Assembly (NCBI RefSeq): GCF_009831105.1
Contig: NZ_WUUQ01000002.1
Coordinates: forward strand, 120,001-152,000
Length of the DNA stretch: 32,000 nt
Origin: Copranaerobaculum intestinale
GTDB taxonomy: Bacteria; Bacillota_I; Bacilli_A; Erysipelotrichales; Erysipelotrichaceae
Direction: 5' to 3'
Part shown: piece after piece, positions 28,448 to 32,000 of the stretch
Layout of the letters: every line of letters begins with the position of its first letter
Position numbering within the stretch: position 1 is the first letter of the stretch
Notes under the pieces: model-generated
Told to the model about the DNA's origin: nothing
Database searches by the model: none
What the model saw: only the letters and a program-made list of their open reading frames with translations
Made by a program: the position numbers and the translations under genes

Positions 28448-28975
28448 ATGATACGATCCTTTCAGGGAAGAATGCCGAATATTGATGAAAATGTTTGGAT
28501 CGCAAAAACAGCTCTGGTCATTGGTGCAATAGCCATCAAGCGAAACAGCAGCGTGTGGTTTCATAGTGTCATCCGATCGGAAAAAGCACAAATTCTCATT
28601 GGAGAACAGACCAATATTCAGGATAATTGCGTACTGCATACCGATTTGGATTATGATTTAACGATTGGGGATCGGGTTACGATCGGTCATCAGTGCATCG
28701 TTCATGGCTGTACGATCGGCAATGATACGCTTATCGGTATGGGATCTATTATTATGAATGGCGCAAGGGTAGGAAATCATTGTATTATTGGGGCCGGAGC
28801 GATTGTCATAGAGCATATGGAAATCCCCGATTATAGTGTTGCGGTTGGTTCGCCGGCCAAAGTGATCAAACCGATTTCGGAAGAACAGCGCTTATTTATA
28901 CAGCAGAACGCTGAACATTATCAAACCCTTTCACAGCGTTATCAGCAGGAGGAAAAGCAATGGAAGAACATGTAG
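28448..28975 (+). CDS. Gamma-carbonic-anhydrase-family (left-handed beta-helix, hexapeptide repeat) protein
   Basis: 175 aa. Hexapeptide repeats and the family pattern (VWFHSVIR...ILIGEQTNIQDNCVLHTD...IGDRVTIGHQCIVHGCTIG). Confidence 0.8.
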   Translation: MIRSFQGRMPNIDENVWIAKTALVIGAIAIKRNSSVWFHSVIRSEKAQILIGEQTNIQDNCVLHTDLDYDLTIGDRVTIGHQCIVHGCTIGNDTLIGMGSIIMNGARVGNHCIIGAGAIVIEHMEIPDYSVAVGSPAKVIKPISEEQRLFIQQNAEHYQTLSQRYQQEEKQWKNM

Positions 28976-29601
28976 CAGCTATTCTGGAAGAACAGCTTGA
29001 GGAAACGATTCATAATTTAAACGGACGGCGCTTTGAAACATATATTTGTGAAAACCGCAAGGAAGTATTGCCGTTATTGGATGAACTGATCAAGGATCAT
29101 ACGGTGGTCGCTAACGGCGGAAGTGTTACGCTTCAGGAAATCGGTGTATTGGATTATCTGAAGCAGCGCGATGTTACCTTTTTAGATCGCATGGCACCGA
29201 ATTTGGATGAAGCGGGATATATGAATTGTATCCGCGAAGCGCTGCACTGTGATACCTATCTGATGAGCTCATCTGCCGTAACTCGCGATGGTCAGCTATA
29301 CAATATTGACGGTAACGGCAATCGCCTGGCGTCCTTATTATTTGGGCCGAAGCAGGTTTTGGTAATTGTCGGGATCAATAAATTGGTAGCGGATCTGGAG
29401 GCAGCACGAGCACGCATGCGCAATCTCAGTGCTCCGGCAAACGCTCATCGGCTGAACTGTCAGACACCATGTGTCAAAACCGGTATGTGTATGGACTGCC
29501 GCAGTGCTGATCGCATTTGTGCACAGGAACTGATTACTTCTTGGCAGCGGTTTCCAGGCCGAATCAAAATCATTTTTGTCAAGGAATCATTGGGTTATTA
29601 A
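28960..29601 (+). CDS. LUD-domain (lactate-utilization/YkgG-like, DUF162) protein with a C-terminal Cys cluster
   Basis: 213 aa. RBS AGGAGGAA lies 5 nt upstream. Overlaps the upstream gene by 16 nt. GGSVTLQEIGV and SSSAVTRDGQLYNIDGNGNR resemble LUD-domain proteins. The C-terminus has CQTPCVKTGMCMDCRSADRIC. Confidence 0.6.
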   Translation: MEEHVAAILEEQLEETIHNLNGRRFETYICENRKEVLPLLDELIKDHTVVANGGSVTLQEIGVLDYLKQRDVTFLDRMAPNLDEAGYMNCIREALHCDTYLMSSSAVTRDGQLYNIDGNGNRLASLLFGPKQVLVIVGINKLVADLEAARARMRNLSAPANAHRLNCQTPCVKTGMCMDCRSADRICAQELITSWQRFPGRIKIIFVKESLGY

Positions 29602-29640
29602 ATCCATCTTAAGTGTTAATAAGAAAGAAGGGAGAAACAG

Positions 29641-29682
29641 ATGAGGTATCTTATTCGAGATAACTGCTCGGTGCAGTTTTAA
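29641..29682 (+). CDS. Candidate 13-codon leader ORF (MRYLIRDNCSVQF)
   Basis: ATG lies 6 nt after AAGGGAG (29628..29634). Its last six codons form the 5' arms of competing helices. There is no evidence of translation beyond the RBS geometry. Confidence 0.3.
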   Translation: MRYLIRDNCSVQF

Positions 29683-29752
29683 AATCTGGAAGCAGATTGT
29701 ACCGAGCGTAAATGAGAATTCTGCTGTCCAGTTAACTGCACCGAATCAGAAT
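29662..29752 (+). promoter_or_regulatory. Structured leader with mutually exclusive helices upstream of the methyltransferase gene
   Basis: Helix A: 29666..29674 GCTCGGTGC pairs with 29699..29707 GTACCGAGC. This helix is capped by AATCTGgaagCAGATT at 29683..29698. Helix B: 29669..29678 CGGTGCAGTT pairs perfectly with 29734..29743 AACTGCACCG. Local helix: AACTGC (29662..29667) with GCAGTT (29673..29678). Outer helix: ATTCTG (29718..29723) with CAGAAT (29747..29752). Confidence 0.4.
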
Positions 29753-29779
29753 ATTTAAAAATGAGGAGGAGTAGTTATC

Positions 29780-30535
29780 ATGAATGTAAAAGTATTAAAA
29801 GAAGCATGGCTTGCCGAAGCGGCAGAAGCCCATATTCACGGCTGGGATTTTTCCCATATTCATCATCGTTATACAGAGGAAACAGATTTACCATGGGATT
29901 ATGAACAGCTGATACAGCATTACCGTAAAGATACCGATAAGCTTTTGGATATTGATACCGGCGGCGGGGAATTTCTGCTTGCTTTAAAGCATCCTTATGC
30001 AAATACCAGCTGCACTGAGGAATATGATCCCAATGTACGACTGTGTCAGGAGACATTATTGCCGTTAGGCATTGATTTTCGTCGCGGAACGGCTAAGCAG
30101 CTGCCATTTTCCGATGCTGCTTTCGATATGGTGATCAACCGACATGGCGATTTATGTGCGTCGGAGCTGTATCGCGTCTTGAAGCCGGGAGGACTGTTCA
30201 TCAGTGAACAGGTCGGAGAGAATAATGATCGGGAACTGGTAGAGCTGTTATTACCGGGTACCTTGAAGCCATTTCACGGACTGAATTTACACGATCAGTC
30301 GCAGGTGTTTGAGCAGGCTGGTTTCACGATTTTGCAAGCTGAAGAAGCATATCGTCCGATTCGCTTTTTTGATGTTGGTGCTTTGGTGTGGTTTGCCTGC
30401 ATTTTGGAGTGGGAATTTCCGGGATTTACGGTCGAGCGCTGTATGGACAGATTGCTTGAAGCACAGCGTATACTGGAAAAGGATGGAGAAATCATCGGAT
30501 CGATTCATCGCTATTTGTTAATTGTCCGTAAATAA
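29780..30535 (+). CDS. Class I SAM-dependent methyltransferase (Methyltransf_11-like), substrate unknown
   Basis: 251 aa. Motif I is LLDIDTGGGEFL, post-I is the acidic EEYD, and motif II/III is FDMVINRHG...LKPGGLFISEQVG. RBS GAGGAGGAG. Confidence 0.8.
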   Translation: MNVKVLKEAWLAEAAEAHIHGWDFSHIHHRYTEETDLPWDYEQLIQHYRKDTDKLLDIDTGGGEFLLALKHPYANTSCTEEYDPNVRLCQETLLPLGIDFRRGTAKQLPFSDAAFDMVINRHGDLCASELYRVLKPGGLFISEQVGENNDRELVELLLPGTLKPFHGLNLHDQSQVFEQAGFTILQAEEAYRPIRFFDVGALVWFACILEWEFPGFTVERCMDRLLEAQRILEKDGEIIGSIHRYLLIVRK

Positions 30536-30564
30536 GCGAATTTTTAGAATTTTAGATGTAAGTG

Positions 30565-30589
30565 AAGCCGATCATTTGATCGGCTTTTT
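30565..30589 (+). terminator. Intrinsic terminator after the methyltransferase gene
   Basis: AAGCCGATCAttTGATCGGCTTTTTG. Confidence 0.75.
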
Positions 30590-30669
30590 GCATATTTTCA
30601 CAATATCTCAGCCAGCATATGAGTAGCGTTTTTTTTTAATTTGTGGCATAATCTTAAAAAGGTGATGAG

Positions 30670-31446
30670 ATGGATCATTTAATCGGCTTACGAACGATCA
30701 AAACCGGAATTGCGGTAACTTGTACGGTACTGGTATCCAAATTGCTGGAGCTTCAGTATCCTTTTTATGCCGTGATTGCAACGATCATTTCGATGGATAA
30801 CTCGATATCCAGTTCTTTTACCAAAGGGAAGAACCGCATGCTGGGAACCACGCTGGGAGCGGTTCTTGGCACTGTCATGGTTATGATTAAGCCGGAGAGT
30901 GCTGTTTTGACCGGCATTGCCGTTATGATAGTCATCACTGTATGCAACTTGTTTCACTGGAACGGCAGTATTGTGATTTCCGGTACCGTGATTGCGATCA
31001 TTATGTTTAATCTGAACAATCGCGATCCGTTTCTATATGCATTATCTCGTCTGGGTGATACCTTCATCGGCATCAGCGTTGCGCTGCTAGTCAATATCAG
31101 TATCAAACCGCAGAATTATGAAAAAAAAGTAATTGTAACGAATTTAGAAATTCATAAGGAACTCGATAACTTTCTGGCGCATGATGCATATGATGTTATG
31201 AAACTGGAGCGGGAAATTCAAAGTATGAAATCCCATTTGGCTACTTATGACCGGGAGTTGAGCTGGACGCATCATTATCGTGAGGAAATCAATCTGATTC
31301 GGGATCATTTTCGATGTTACGATGAGATACTGCTGCATCTTGAGACACTTGCAGAGCTGGATGAACTGGATGAAAATGCATCCTATGTTCGTGATTATCA
31401 TGAAAAAAAAGCGCGCAGTTTAATTCTGCGGTATGAGGAGGAATAA
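30670..31446 (+). CDS. Aromatic-acid-exporter/FUSC-family (YgaE-like) membrane protein
   Basis: 258 aa. The N-terminus GLRTIKTGIAVTCTVLVSKLL...PFYAVIATIISM...S...G.NR..GT.LGA is typical of the ArAE/FUSC family. It has four TM helices plus a cytoplasmic helical tail. Confidence 0.7.
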   Translation: MDHLIGLRTIKTGIAVTCTVLVSKLLELQYPFYAVIATIISMDNSISSSFTKGKNRMLGTTLGAVLGTVMVMIKPESAVLTGIAVMIVITVCNLFHWNGSIVISGTVIAIIMFNLNNRDPFLYALSRLGDTFIGISVALLVNISIKPQNYEKKVIVTNLEIHKELDNFLAHDAYDVMKLEREIQSMKSHLATYDRELSWTHHYREEINLIRDHFRCYDEILLHLETLAELDELDENASYVRDYHEKKARSLILRYEEE

Positions 31447-31449
31447 GCA

Positions 31450-32000
31450 ATGAAAGCATATGAATTGATCGGGAATACCCCGATGTATCAATTGGAGAAT
31501 ACAAACATTTATATCAAGCTGGAGAAGTTTAATCTGGGCGGAAGTATCAAAGACCGGGCTGTTTTGAAGATGATTCAGACTGCGATGGCTGAAAACAAAA
31601 TTACGAAAGATACAGTCCTCATCGAAGCAACCAGCGGTAATACCGGTATTGCCCTGGCGATGATCGGAGCAATGTTTCAGATACCGGTTATTATTGTCAT
31701 GCCGGAAACAATGAGCGTGGAACGCCGCCAGCTGGTTAAGGCCTATGGGGCGAAGCTGGTGCTGAGCGAAGGCAAGCTGGGCATGAACGGTGCGATAGCT
31801 TATATGGAAAAAGAAAAGCAGGCACATTCGAATTATCGGTCGCTGAGTCAGTTTGATAATGCGGCAAATGTCCAGGCGCATTATGAAACTACAGCCGAGG
31901 AAATTCTGCGTCAGGTACCGGATGTCGATATCTTTGTGGCAGGCATCGGAACCGGAGGCACCTTCACCGGCGTAGCCAAACGATTAAAAGAAGTGAATCC
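31450..32000 (+). CDS. cysK: Cysteine synthase A (O-acetylserine sulfhydrylase), 5' part; continues beyond the window
   Basis: Absent from the ORF track (no stop in the window). ATG at 31450, 6 nt after GAGGAGGAA. Translation reads MKAYELIGNTPMYQLENTNIYIKLEKFNLGGSIKDRA...TSGNTGIALA...GTGGTFTG, covering the PLP-lysine and Gly-loop motifs of CysK/CysM. Confidence 0.9.
   Translation, partial: MKAYELIGNTPMYQLENTNIYIKLEKFNLGGSIKDRAVLKMIQTAMAENKITKDTVLIEATSGNTGIALAMIGAMFQIPVIIVMPETMSVERRQLVKAYGAKLVLSEGKLGMNGAIAYMEKEKQAHSNYRSLSQFDNAANVQAHYETTAEEILRQVPDVDIFVAGIGTGGTFTGVAKRLKEVN

Noticed and set aside
29729-29738. The perfect palindrome CAGTTAACTG (contains a GTTAAC site) in the methyltransferase leader, considered as a possible protein operator or R-M target.
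   Set aside because: It is a single 10-bp palindrome with no second copy. It is better explained as part of the AACTGC/GCAGTT pairing network of the leader, and the downstream methyltransferase has no DNA-MTase motifs (no DPPY/NPPY or PC-ENV).
31420-31881. A 153-aa minus-strand ORF in the last 600 nt.
   Set aside because: The plus strand here encodes an unmistakable CysK N-terminus (GNTP, GSIKDR, TSGNTG, GTGGT). That gene is missing from the track only because it has no stop in the window. The minus ORF is its antisense shadow.

Overview
This is a chromosomal, mostly housekeeping window from a low-GC Firmicute. The taxon call is inferred from strong GGAGG-type RBSs, CIRCE/HrcA control and gene content; the CIRCE-controlled clpB hints at an Erysipelotrichia/Mollicutes-like lineage, but that is inference only.

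Gene order:
- (-) Tad/Flp-like pilus assembly operon that runs off the left edge. It encodes a small membrane protein, a CpaB-like SAF protein, a CpaF/TadA ATPase and two T2SS-F-like membrane proteins.
- (+) infC-rpmI-rplT behind an L20-leader-type attenuator, with a MarR gene appended.
- (+) A duplicated thioredoxin-fold lipoprotein.
- (+) A glycerol-3-phosphate oxidoreductase cluster: GlpA-like gene, FAD/NAD oxidoreductase, DUF1667, glpP, then a patatin-like lipase. It sits behind a promoter and a leader terminator.
- (-) An orphan GatZ/KbaZ-family gene.
- (+) corA, (-) a nucleoside-recognition-domain membrane protein, (+) a CDF transporter, (+) an orphan membrane-anchored protein, (-) pgeF.
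- (+) hrcA-grpE-dnaK-dnaJ with two CIRCE operators.
- (+) A YbiT-like ABC-F ATPase, (-) cca.
- (+) clpB, preceded by the same dual-CIRCE promoter module.
- (+) A gamma-carbonic-anhydrase-family gene overlapping a LUD-domain gene.
- (+) A 13-codon leader ORF with mutually exclusive helices upstream of a class I SAM methyltransferase.
- (+) An ArAE/FUSC-type membrane protein, then the 5' part of cysK.

I saw no rRNA, tRNA, CRISPR array, transposase, integrase or phage genes. I did not find a clear novel multi-gene system such as a defence island. The most unusual items are:
- the HrcA/CIRCE module duplicated in front of clpB;
- the leader-ORF/alternative-hairpin region in front of the methyltransferase;
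- an ABC-F protein whose second ATP site looks coherently degenerate;
- the GlpP-type attenuator arrangement with glpP embedded downstream;
- the pilin-less Tad-like locus.

All family calls come from reading the translated ORFs. No searches were run.
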